Sequence record: MT889377.1
DNA length: 32,000 nt
Origin: Microbacterium phage Zayuliv
Direction: 5' to 3' (one strand)
Shown: positions 25,223-31,761 of the stretch, one piece after another
How positions within the stretch are numbered: position 1 is the stretch's first letter
How the letters are laid out: each line of letters begins with the position of its first letter
Notes under the pieces: generated by a model
Told to the model about the DNA's origin: nothing
The model's input: the letters and a program-made list of their open reading frames with translations, nothing else
Database searches by the model: none
Position numbers and translations under genes: made by a program

Positions 25223-26193
25223 ATTTCCTCCTCGATGTACGATACCACATCGCCCGTCAGGATGACAGTCGGCTCGGTGCCGTGCTCCTTGTGGTACCTG
25301 CGCCAGTCCACACCGATCCGCTTCACCGCGCCGGTGTCCTTGTTCATGTTGGTCACCTTCAGGAAAGGACCCAGCACGTCGTAGATGTACCGAGCGTCTG
25401 CCAGGTTCTGCCGGCGATCGATCTCGCCCTGCCCGCTGAACGGGATGGTGGTGGTCAGCTTTCGGTCATCGTCGAAGACCAGCGTGTCGAAGAGGAAGGT
25501 GCTGTACCCGCTGTCGTACGCGTCGAGGAACATGGCCAGGTCCTCACCTTCATACTGGAACTCCTTGGGCATGCTGCGCATCGTGAACCGGTTCAGGTCG
25601 ATGAACAGCACGCACAGCGGGAAGCCGCGTGCCTCGATGACTGCGGTGACGTCGGTGTCGACGAACGACGACATGAACGCGCTGCGGGTGCTGCCGTAGG
25701 CTGCGTCCTCGGCATGGTAGAAGACGGCGTCAGACATCTTGCAGCCGAAGGCCAGCGACTTGATGGTCGCTTCGAGCTTGGTGATGCCCCAGGTGTCCGG
25801 GCTGTGCCGCCCTGACTTGCGCATTCCGTTGTCGTCGGTGCCCCGATCCTCCAGGAGGGCAACCCGCGTGATGTCGTCATCGAGCATCACGATGCGCTCG
25901 AAGCCTCGCTGGTCGGCATCCACCAGGCAGGTCATGCGACCAGGGCCGATGCCCCAGGGCACCCGCTGTTCCACGATGGTGGCCCACGGGTAGGCGTTGC
26001 GGTACGCCTTGCTCTCGGACGCCCTACACACGATGAAGACCTTGCGCTGGACGTACTTCGGCGCCTGCGCCAGCAGGTTGAGCAGCGGTGACAACCCTGC
26101 TCGCTTGTAGCTGGGGACGTAGATGGGATACAGCCATTCTTCCGTTCGCCGGCTGTCCATCTCGTGCAGCAGCTCAATCATCTTGTCAGTCAC
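25219..26193 (-). CDS. TET-associated-type glycosyltransferase, paralog 2
   Basis: 'YPIYVPSYKRAGLSPLLNLLAQAPKYVQRKV...RIVMLDDDITRVALL'; start uncertain (GTG 26193, ATG 26181 or GTG 26241). Confidence 0.7.
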   Translation of the reverse strand: MTDKMIELLHEMDSRRTEEWLYPIYVPSYKRAGLSPLLNLLAQAPKYVQRKVFIVCRASESKAYRNAYPWATIVEQRVPWGIGPGRMTCLVDADQRGFERIVMLDDDITRVALLEDRGTDDNGMRKSGRHSPDTWGITKLEATIKSLAFGCKMSDAVFYHAEDAAYGSTRSAFMSSFVDTDVTAVIEARGFPLCVLFIDLNRFTMRSMPKEFQYEGEDLAMFLDAYDSGYSTFLFDTLVFDDDRKLTTTIPFSGQGEIDRRQNLADARYIYDVLGPFLKVTNMNKDTGAVKRIGVDWRRYHKEHGTEPTVILTGDVVSYIEEEM

Positions 26194-26431
26194 AGGTGAC
26201 CCATCCGTCCCATTCGAATTCGCCAGGGTAGTTCCTGACACTGGAGTAAGTGCCCTCCCGGAGTGGAAGGCGCTGCATCCCGGCTGGCGGGGTGCCGTCT
26301 TTCATTTCCCGGATAGCCCGCTGCACAGCCTCCATGGGGGATTCCATGATATGGAAGTGCTGGTGCCCGTCCTCGAGGGACACCCTACGGTCATGCCAGG
26401 GGCCACCATTCAGGTGGATAGTCTGGGCCAT
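26186..26431 (-). CDS. Hypothetical protein (81 aa)
   Basis: RBS 'aaggag' before ATG 26431; 'MAQTIHLNGGPWHDRRVSLEDGHQHFHI...'. The upstream part of the ORF-track entry (to 26821) is probably spurious. Confidence 0.6.
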   Translation of the reverse strand: MAQTIHLNGGPWHDRRVSLEDGHQHFHIMESPMEAVQRAIREMKDGTPPAGMQRLPLREGTYSSVRNYPGEFEWDGWVTCD

Positions 26432-26490
26432 CGTGGCTCCTTGGGTGTGGCCAGCCCCCGCCACGAGTGGAAGGTGACGGGGGCGGCAGC

Positions 26491-26631
26491 TCACTTGCGC
26501 TTGCGGATCTCCTTGGCGACGGCCTGGGTACCCAGCACCACCACGGCGAAGAGGATGATCAGCCCACCCAGCGTGACCAGGGCCACACCGAACCAGCCGA
26601 GGATGAGCAGCAGAAGCTCGAACGGGTTCAT
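26491..26631 (-). CDS. 46-aa single-TM membrane protein (not in ORF track)
   Basis: Translated by hand: MNPFELLLLILGWFGVALVTLGGLIILFAVVVLGTQAVAKEIRKRK; ATGA overlap with the dCMP hydroxymethylase stop. Confidence 0.6.
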   Translation of the reverse strand: MNPFELLLLILGWFGVALVTLGGLIILFAVVVLGTQAVAKEIRKRK

Positions 26632-27431
26632 CAGATGCCGTCCTCGTCACGGCCGCCGAAGATGGGGGCGCGCTGTGCGCTGGTGTCCCCGAACTTCTCG
26701 GCCTGGTCCAGCCAGACACGGCGCTCGATGCGCTGCTCGATGTCGGCTGCGGTGTCAGCCAGGAGCTGGAAGTGGCGCGGGTAGACGTGCAGGTTGGCCA
26801 CCTGGAAGGTGATGTCGCCACGGGTGAGCTCGGGGTAGGCGTGCTCCAGGTTGCCCAGCAGGAAGTCCATCAGGGTGTTCCACATGCTGTAGTCGGCACG
26901 GTACCCGAAGACGGCATCCATGCTGCGCATCTGGGCGATGATGTGGAGCTGGTCCTGGTCATCGATCATGAAGTTGAGCGCGTTGGTGCAGATGAAGTCG
27001 TTGCGACCGTTGTAGTGGGCCAGCTCGTGGATGTCCCGGTCGCTGATGATGGCCACCCCGTGACGGGTACCCTTGCCCTCCTGCAGGAAGGTGTCGACGA
27101 CGCGGTCGAAGAGGCTGATGCCGCCCCGCTCGATGGTGGCGGTGACGGGGCGGAACAGGATGTGACCGTAGGCGCTGTTCACCTTGCCGTCGTGCCCTGC
27201 GCACGCCTTGAAGAGTGCAGGCACCGGAGGCTCCATCTCCTCCAGCTTATTGCTGCCGCTGTAGAACCAGTCGAGCTCACGACGAACCCAGTCAGGGTTG
27301 ATCTGCCCGATCATGCTGTCCTGGTCGGCCAGCCAGTCGACCGAGTAGAGGACCCGGTTGCCGGTGCGCTCGTCGATGGGGGCAGCGGCCAGCGCCAGCA
27401 CGACATCGTCGATGGTGTTCTTGTGGATCAT
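26631..27431 (-). CDS. Deoxycytidylate 5-hydroxymethylase (dCMP hydroxymethylase, T4 gp42-like, thymidylate synthase fold)
   Basis: 'RRELDWFYSGS', 'GKVNSAYG', catalytic 'NDFICTN', 'MRSMDAVFGYRADYSMW', 'LHVYPRHF' parallel T4 gp42 'QRELEWYKSKS', 'GEINSNYG', 'SDFMCTN', 'MRSNDVVFGFRNDYAW', 'LHVYSRHF'. RBS aaggagg upstream. Confidence 0.9.
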   Translation of the reverse strand: MIHKNTIDDVVLALAAAPIDERTGNRVLYSVDWLADQDSMIGQINPDWVRRELDWFYSGSNKLEEMEPPVPALFKACAGHDGKVNSAYGHILFRPVTATIERGGISLFDRVVDTFLQEGKGTRHGVAIISDRDIHELAHYNGRNDFICTNALNFMIDDQDQLHIIAQMRSMDAVFGYRADYSMWNTLMDFLLGNLEHAYPELTRGDITFQVANLHVYPRHFQLLADTAADIEQRIERRVWLDQAEKFGDTSAQRAPIFGGRDEDGI

Positions 27432-27466
27432 TTTGAGTCCTCCTTGGACTGCTGTAGGGTGCTACC

Positions 27467-27496
27467 AGTCTAGCACGGATGATGAAATTTACGCAA
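27467..27496 (-). promoter_or_regulatory. Promoter: TTGCGT - 18 nt - TAGACT (TGC-extended), drives the dCMP hydroxymethylase gene
   Basis: -35 at 27496-27491, -10 at 27472-27467 on the - strand, ~35 nt before the ATG with RBS in between. Confidence 0.65.
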
Positions 27497-27503
27497 GCCC
27501 CAA

Positions 27504-27683
27504 TTACGGGCAGCTCGGCACGGCGTCCTCACTGGCTGCCAGCGACAGAGAGAGCTCCTGGCTGAACACCTTGCGCTTGATAAGCCGCTTGACTTCGGCC
27601 AGCGCCTTCTTGGAGTTGGTCTGGCCGGACTTGTAGACCTCCGCTGCGGCGGCGATCTGCTGGTCGAGGGTTGCGTGTGCCAT
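27504..27683 (-). CDS. 59-aa hypothetical protein (not in ORF track)
   Basis: Hand translation: MAHATLDQQIAAAAEVYKSGQTNSKKALAEVKRLIKRKVFSQELSLSLAASEDAVPSCP. Confidence 0.55.
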   Translation of the reverse strand: MAHATLDQQIAAAAEVYKSGQTNSKKALAEVKRLIKRKVFSQELSLSLAASEDAVPSCP

Positions 27684-27694
27684 GATGGTGTTCC

Positions 27695-27901
27695 TTACTT
27701 GACGAGCGCCAGAGCGGCGGTGGCGGCGGAGTTGCGAGCAGCGGCCTTGCCGGTGTACATGACGTCGGCGAGGTGACCCAGCTTGACGGCGGCAGCGGCG
27801 GTGACGACCTGGAGCTCGACCGCGTCGTTGAGCAGGCGACGGATGACGCGTGCGTCCTGCTCGTTGATTGCCTTGAGGAGGAGGGCCTTGGTGCTGTTCA
27901 T
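27695..27901 (-). CDS. 68-aa hypothetical protein, predicted leaderless transcript
   Basis: ATG at 27901 is 6-7 nt downstream of -10 TAGGCT, no Shine-Dalgarno. Confidence 0.55.
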   Translation of the reverse strand: MNSTKALLLKAINEQDARVIRRLLNDAVELQVVTAAAAVKLGHLADVMYTGKAAARNSAATAALALVK

Positions 27902-27907
27902 ACCTAT

Positions 27908-27936
27908 AGCCTACACGTCATTCATCATCTGTGCAA
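27908..27936 (-). promoter_or_regulatory. Promoter: TTGCAC - 17 nt - TAGGCT
   Basis: -35 at 27936-27931, -10 at 27913-27908 on the - strand. Confidence 0.65.
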
Positions 27937-28066
27937 ACTTTTCTTCAACTTCTTTTGGAGTGGGGTACGGGCACGACATCGGCGTTCCGTTGGCCCACGC
28001 CTGCACCGCTTGATGGACGCCTTCCCAGTAGGCGAACCATTGCGTGTCCCGTACCCCGTCGCTCAT
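27911..28066 (-). CDS. 51-aa hypothetical protein (not in ORF track)
   Basis: Hand translation: MSDGVRDTQWFAYWEGVHQAVQAWANGTPMSCPYPTPKEVEEKFAQMMNDV; ATGA overlap with the upstream gene; fills the otherwise empty gap. Confidence 0.55.
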   Translation of the reverse strand: MSDGVRDTQWFAYWEGVHQAVQAWANGTPMSCPYPTPKEVEEKFAQMMNDV

Positions 28067-28929
28067 GGCCGGATGAACTGCGCAGGGATGATGGTCTCGA
28101 AGTCGCCGTTCCGCCGGTACGGTGTGGCCGTGGGCGGCACCGGCTTCTCCAGGAAGCGGGCATACTTGCTGAACTCACAGAACACGTTCTGAACGTCCAT
28201 CCAGCTCGCCGGCCTGCCGTTGCTACCTGGCAGCGTGGGCAGCAGCTCCACCGGGAACGTCTGGATGATGTCCCTGGCTTCCTTCTCACTGGCATACGTC
28301 TTCCCGACCAGGTAGCCCGCGCCCCGCTTGGCACCAGGGCCAGGGAGGATATAGGTGTTCTCCTGATCGGGCTCACCCCTGGTGTACCCCAGGTCGGTCG
28401 CGATCTGCATCGCCATGAACGCAGCGATGCCGCGCACCTCCTGGAGCAGCATGACACGGGTAGCCAGGTCCCCGACCTCAGCCACATGACCCAGCAGGTT
28501 CGCAGCGGCCGGGAAGGTGGCCTGCATCTTGTCCACGATCGGGCGCGGGTCGTTCGGCGACACGACGATCATGTAGGCACCCGACAGGAACCGGCCTGGC
28601 CGCGCCGTGGCCACCGGGCGCACGACCTTGTCGTACCACTTGGGGTCGAAGATCTCAGCGGCCTCAGGGACGTACCCATCGTTCGCCTCGATGATGTCAT
28701 CCATCGTGTCAGGCCGGTTGACCTGCCGGTAGAAGTACGACAGGGCCACCCGGTCCAGCGGGTCGTCGTGCAGGTCCATCAGCTGGAGGAGGTACTGGCT
28801 GCCCCGGTCCAGCACGCGGAATACGTTGGTGAACTTGCGCGTGGTCAGGATGCGGGACTTGGTGCCCTTGCCCTCCCAGAGCCGATGCCTGGCCTTGGCG
28901 AACTTGACCACGTCCTCGATGGTCTTCAT
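28063..28929 (-). CDS. Candidate DNA-modification protein resembling the 5-hmdU DNA kinase helical / glycosylase-like domain
   Basis: 'RILTTRKFTNVFRVLDRGSQYLLQLM' and 'LQEVRGIAAFMAMQIATDLGYTR' match the family's signature blocks as I recall them; located in the hypermodification region. Confidence 0.55.
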   Translation of the reverse strand: MKTIEDVVKFAKARHRLWEGKGTKSRILTTRKFTNVFRVLDRGSQYLLQLMDLHDDPLDRVALSYFYRQVNRPDTMDDIIEANDGYVPEAAEIFDPKWYDKVVRPVATARPGRFLSGAYMIVVSPNDPRPIVDKMQATFPAAANLLGHVAEVGDLATRVMLLQEVRGIAAFMAMQIATDLGYTRGEPDQENTYILPGPGAKRGAGYLVGKTYASEKEARDIIQTFPVELLPTLPGSNGRPASWMDVQNVFCEFSKYARFLEKPVPPTATPYRRNGDFETIIPAQFIRP

Positions 28930-29177
28930 ACTGCCTCCTTCAGTGTGGTGATGCAGGGTGTTCGGTACCGGATGCGCACCTTGACGTCCCCGCTGAACAT
29001 CTCTTCGGACACGCTGGCCTCCTGGTTCGCATACAGGGGTACGTCGTGCAGCCAGCGCAGCTCCTCGGGGGTGGCGTTGATCCAGTCCTCCCGGGTGATG
29101 CGGAACTCCTCCTGGGGCACGGTGGGCACGATGCCCGCGTCGATGACGGAACCGGCTGTGGTGTAGTAGCTAGGCAC
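28926..29177 (-). CDS. Hypothetical protein (83 aa, GTG start)
   Basis: GTG 29177 overlaps the stop of the upstream gene; ATGA overlap downstream. ORF-track extension to 29429 probably spurious. Confidence 0.5.
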   Translation of the reverse strand: MPSYYTTAGSVIDAGIVPTVPQEEFRITREDWINATPEELRWLHDVPLYANQEASVSEEMFSGDVKVRIRYRTPCITTLKEAV

Positions 29178-29517
29178 GGCGTCGCCCCTTCCGCTTCGGC
29201 TTGGGCATGGTACCGTCCGTCTCGATGGCCAGCTTGACGCCCGTGATGCACTCCTGGAAGTCATCACTGTTGTAGGCGTGCAGCGCGGTCTCGAGCGCTG
29301 GCAGCGCCACCCGGCAGATGGCGATCTGCTTGTCAGTCGAGGCGTTCTTGCCCTCGAACTTCTCCTGAGCCCTGAGCTGGTGGTACTCCTGCTTCTGCAT
29401 GTGCGCCAGCGTTTCACCGATGACGGCATGCGCCTGATCGCTGATCTCGCCGTTGATGCTGCCCTCGTTCAGGAGCTCGATGACCACCTTGCCGGCGATG
29501 CGCCTGTCCGCGTTCAC
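29170..29517 (-). CDS. Hypothetical protein (115 aa) with basic C-terminus
   Basis: ATGA overlap with the upstream gene; ends PKPKRKGRRRA. Confidence 0.6.
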   Translation of the reverse strand: MNADRRIAGKVVIELLNEGSINGEISDQAHAVIGETLAHMQKQEYHQLRAQEKFEGKNASTDKQIAICRVALPALETALHAYNSDDFQECITGVKLAIETDGTMPKPKRKGRRRA

Positions 29518-29762
29518 GTGATGTCCGCGGTGAAGTAGAGGCCCACCAGCCCATCCAGCACGGCATAGGGCATGTACTTACGCAGCTCCTCGTGCGACAT
29601 CTCGCGCGGCTCCGGGTTGCGTGTGACCAAGCCCTTCATGTTCTCCTGAGCCAGCCTCTCGAACTTCTCGTCGGCTGCCTGCTGGGCGATCTGGGTGAAC
29701 CGGCTGCGCTCCGTCTTCCAGAGCGACTCGTCCACGAGGACGATGGTGTATGCCTCAGCCAT
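29514..29762 (-). CDS. Hypothetical protein (82 aa)
   Basis: ATGA-type overlaps at both ends. Confidence 0.6.
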   Translation of the reverse strand: MAEAYTIVLVDESLWKTERSRFTQIAQQAADEKFERLAQENMKGLVTRNPEPREMSHEELRKYMPYAVLDGLVGLYFTADIT

Positions 29763-30415
29763 CAGACCCTCACCGCCGAACCGGCATGCCCACCGAACGC
29801 CGACTTGACCATCTGTTCGGACGAGCTGCCTGCGGCCTTGGCATAGCTGATGGCCTGCTCAGCCATGTCCTCACACTCAGCACAGTCCTGGTGACCGTAC
29901 CAAACCTTCCAGTTTTCCGTGACCTGCACCCTGCGGATGCCGATGCGGCTGAGCGCTTTCTCGAGCACAGCCACCAGCTCCGGCTTCCCGGTCATGGCCA
30001 TCGTGAGGCTGATCTCCTTGGCCGATCCGATCTCCTCATAGAGGTACTGGGCCAGCCTGTTCAGATCGGTCCTGCTGACGTGTCGAGCGATCTCGAGCCG
30101 CGCTGCCAGGCTGTCGTGATCGGCCTGGACACACCGGACGGAGGCATCCATGGCAGCGTTGATGCGGTCAACGATGACCTGCCTACCCTCCTCGTCCCGG
30201 AGGTTCCACATGGCCGCGAACTCGCCGGGGTTGGCCACCCGGAAGCCCTCCGCCGGCTCCCTCGTGGCCTCGCGGAGCACGGTATTCAGGGACTCGATAC
30301 GCAGCCGCTCGAGCTCGTCGAGCACGGCCGCGATCTCCTTCCGGTGACGCTGGGGCAGCTTGGACGCCACCACCCCTTGAAGGCTCTCGATGGCCTTCCC
30401 TAGTGATTCAGTCAT
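29762..30415 (-). CDS. Hypothetical protein (217 aa)
   Basis: Operon-style overlaps at both ends; helical, charged sequence. Confidence 0.65.
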   Translation of the reverse strand: MTESLGKAIESLQGVVASKLPQRHRKEIAAVLDELERLRIESLNTVLREATREPAEGFRVANPGEFAAMWNLRDEEGRQVIVDRINAAMDASVRCVQADHDSLAARLEIARHVSRTDLNRLAQYLYEEIGSAKEISLTMAMTGKPELVAVLEKALSRIGIRRVQVTENWKVWYGHQDCAECEDMAEQAISYAKAAGSSSEQMVKSAFGGHAGSAVRV

Positions 30416-30870
30416 GACAGGTCTCGATTCAGTCGACTCGGGAGGATGGGCTGGCTGTAGGGTGAGCCGAACACGCGGCTCTGGGCTTCGCTGTATGGTG
30501 TGGCCACATCACCTAGCTTGAACTCCAGGCGCGGCTCGGCCTCCTTCAGCAGCTCCACCTTCATGGACTCGGGCAGGCTGTCCCAGAGGTCACGCAGCGC
30601 AGCCGTGATGGACTCCAGGATGGGCTGGAACGTTTCCTGCAGGGCGTTGATGAAGGACTCGATGACCGCCTTGACGTTGGCCGCGATCTCTTCCAGGTCC
30701 TGCTCCTCCAGCGGTGCGAGCTCCTGGCCCGCTTCCAGCTTGAGCTTGTATTGCTCAAGCCGCAGCACCGCGTCCATGCTCTTGTTGATGCGTCGTTCGC
30801 GTGCGCAGCCGGCGACGCTGCACTCGACCCACTTGCCGGACACGGAGTCCTGGCACTCGTAGAGCGACAT
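30412..30870 (-). CDS. Hypothetical protein (152 aa)
   Basis: Overlaps with neighbours; N-terminal 'ECQDSVSGKWVECSVAGCARERR' Cys motif. Confidence 0.6.
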   Translation of the reverse strand: MSLYECQDSVSGKWVECSVAGCARERRINKSMDAVLRLEQYKLKLEAGQELAPLEEQDLEEIAANVKAVIESFINALQETFQPILESITAALRDLWDSLPESMKVELLKEAEPRLEFKLGDVATPYSEAQSRVFGSPYSQPILPSRLNRDLS

Positions 30871-31142
30871 CAGCTGAACAGCCCGACGGGCGCGTAGTTC
30901 TCGATCAGCTTGGTGTAGGTGAAGCGCCGCAGCTTGCCGATGGTGTGCGGTGCCTTGGGTGCCTTGATGACCCGCATGACGCCCTGGGAGGACATCGTGG
31001 GCAGCGCCACGATCTCGACCTCACGATGCTTGGGCTTCGCCTTGCCGGTCTTGCCCCGGTCGGTGTTCCGCACGTCGATGTCGTAGAACCGCTGTCCCAC
31101 CTTGACGTGGTTGCTGAGCTCGACCTTGGTCATGTTACGCAT
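30870..31142 (-). CDS. Hypothetical protein, first gene of the leftward operon
   Basis: RBS 'AAGGAGG' 4 nt before ATG 31142 (an ATG at 31133 is also possible). Confidence 0.6.
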   Translation of the reverse strand: MRNMTKVELSNHVKVGQRFYDIDVRNTDRGKTGKAKPKHREVEIVALPTMSSQGVMRVIKAPKAPHTIGKLRRFTYTKLIENYAPVGLFS

Positions 31143-31183
31143 GATGCCTCCTTGTGGCATGTCCTGTTTAGGGTGACAAATGC

Positions 31184-31212
31184 AGCTTAGCGCCTATAGG
31201 TACTTATAGCAA
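31184..31212 (-). promoter_or_regulatory. Leftward promoter TTGCTA - 17 nt - TAAGCT with an operator-like repeat in the spacer
   Basis: -35 at 31212-31207, -10 at 31189-31184; spacer largely filled by the 16-bp repeat copy 31193..31208. Confidence 0.65.
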
Positions 31213-31245
31213 CCCCCGGCGCACTCTCCCCTATAGGTACTTATA
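31193..31245. repeat. Two exact 16-bp direct repeats CCTATAGGTACTTATA at 31193-31208 and 31230-31245
   Basis: Exact identity read from sequence, 37-bp spacing; one copy sits inside the promoter. Confidence 0.9.
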
Positions 31246-31384
31246 CGCGCACGCGCGCGCCCTATCTTAGGAATAAAGGCACCCTCACAACCCGAGCCAG
31301 CCCCAAGGGCTAGGCGAGGGCGTTGGTGGAGAACACTGCACTCGATTGGTCACCCCGATATCCGCTCAGCAGCTCCTGAGGGAT

Positions 31385-31416
31385 GCACGCTCGCTCATGC
31401 CTGACGGCACGCTCGC
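31385..31416. repeat. Two exact 10-bp direct repeats GCACGCTCGC at 31385-31394 and 31407-31416
   Basis: 22-bp spacing (about two helical turns), in the non-coding control region. Confidence 0.6.
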
Positions 31417-31471
31417 GCACATCACGCTGACTGGCTCATCGGTTGCAGCATGATCAATTTTCGTTTGTGTG

Positions 31472-31500
31472 TTGCGTGCTGGTGGCGGTGGTGCTAACCT
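31472..31500 (+). promoter_or_regulatory. Rightward promoter TTGCGT - 17 nt - TAACCT (TGC-extended)
   Basis: Same architecture as the leftward promoters; ~46 nt upstream of ATG 31546. Confidence 0.6.
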
Positions 31501-31545
31501 GGCCTAGCTGCACACGCAGCGCCCCACACACAGAAAGCTCACATC

Positions 31546-31761
31546 ATGGAAGATCAGGAAGGCAACTCGCCGCAGGCTCATCAGCCTGTCAAGGCGGTGC
31601 AGGTCGAGGTTCCCATCCGTCAGGCTCGAGATCGGGCTCAGTACGTCAGGCAGCAGAAGGGTCACTCCTGGGTGGTCTGGTGGCTGCTCCTGGGTCCTGT
31701 CACCCTCTGGATCCCGGCTGTGTACTACAGCTTCAGCCCGAACCACTACTGGCACGTCTGA
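31546..31761 (+). CDS. Small membrane protein (71 aa)
   Basis: C-terminal TM 'SWVVWWLLLGPVTLWIPAVYYSF'; overlaps the next ATG. Confidence 0.6.
   Translation: MEDQEGNSPQAHQPVKAVQVEVPIRQARDRAQYVRQQKGHSWVVWWLLLGPVTLWIPAVYYSFSPNHYWHV

Noticed and set aside
26432-26821. 5' part of - strand ORF 26186..26821
   Set aside because: Overlaps the 46-aa membrane ORF and the dCMP hydroxymethylase 3' end; a good RBS and ATG exist at 26431.
22049-28929. TET/JBP dioxygenase or C5-cytosine methyltransferase in the modification region
   Set aside because: I looked for HxD...H and PC motifs in the listed ORFs and found no convincing candidate; the dCMP hydroxymethylase already provides a route to 5hmC.
27931-29166. 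+ strand 411-aa ORF
   Set aside because: Mirror ORF across several - strand genes; the opposite strand has coupled starts and stops and family-like motifs.
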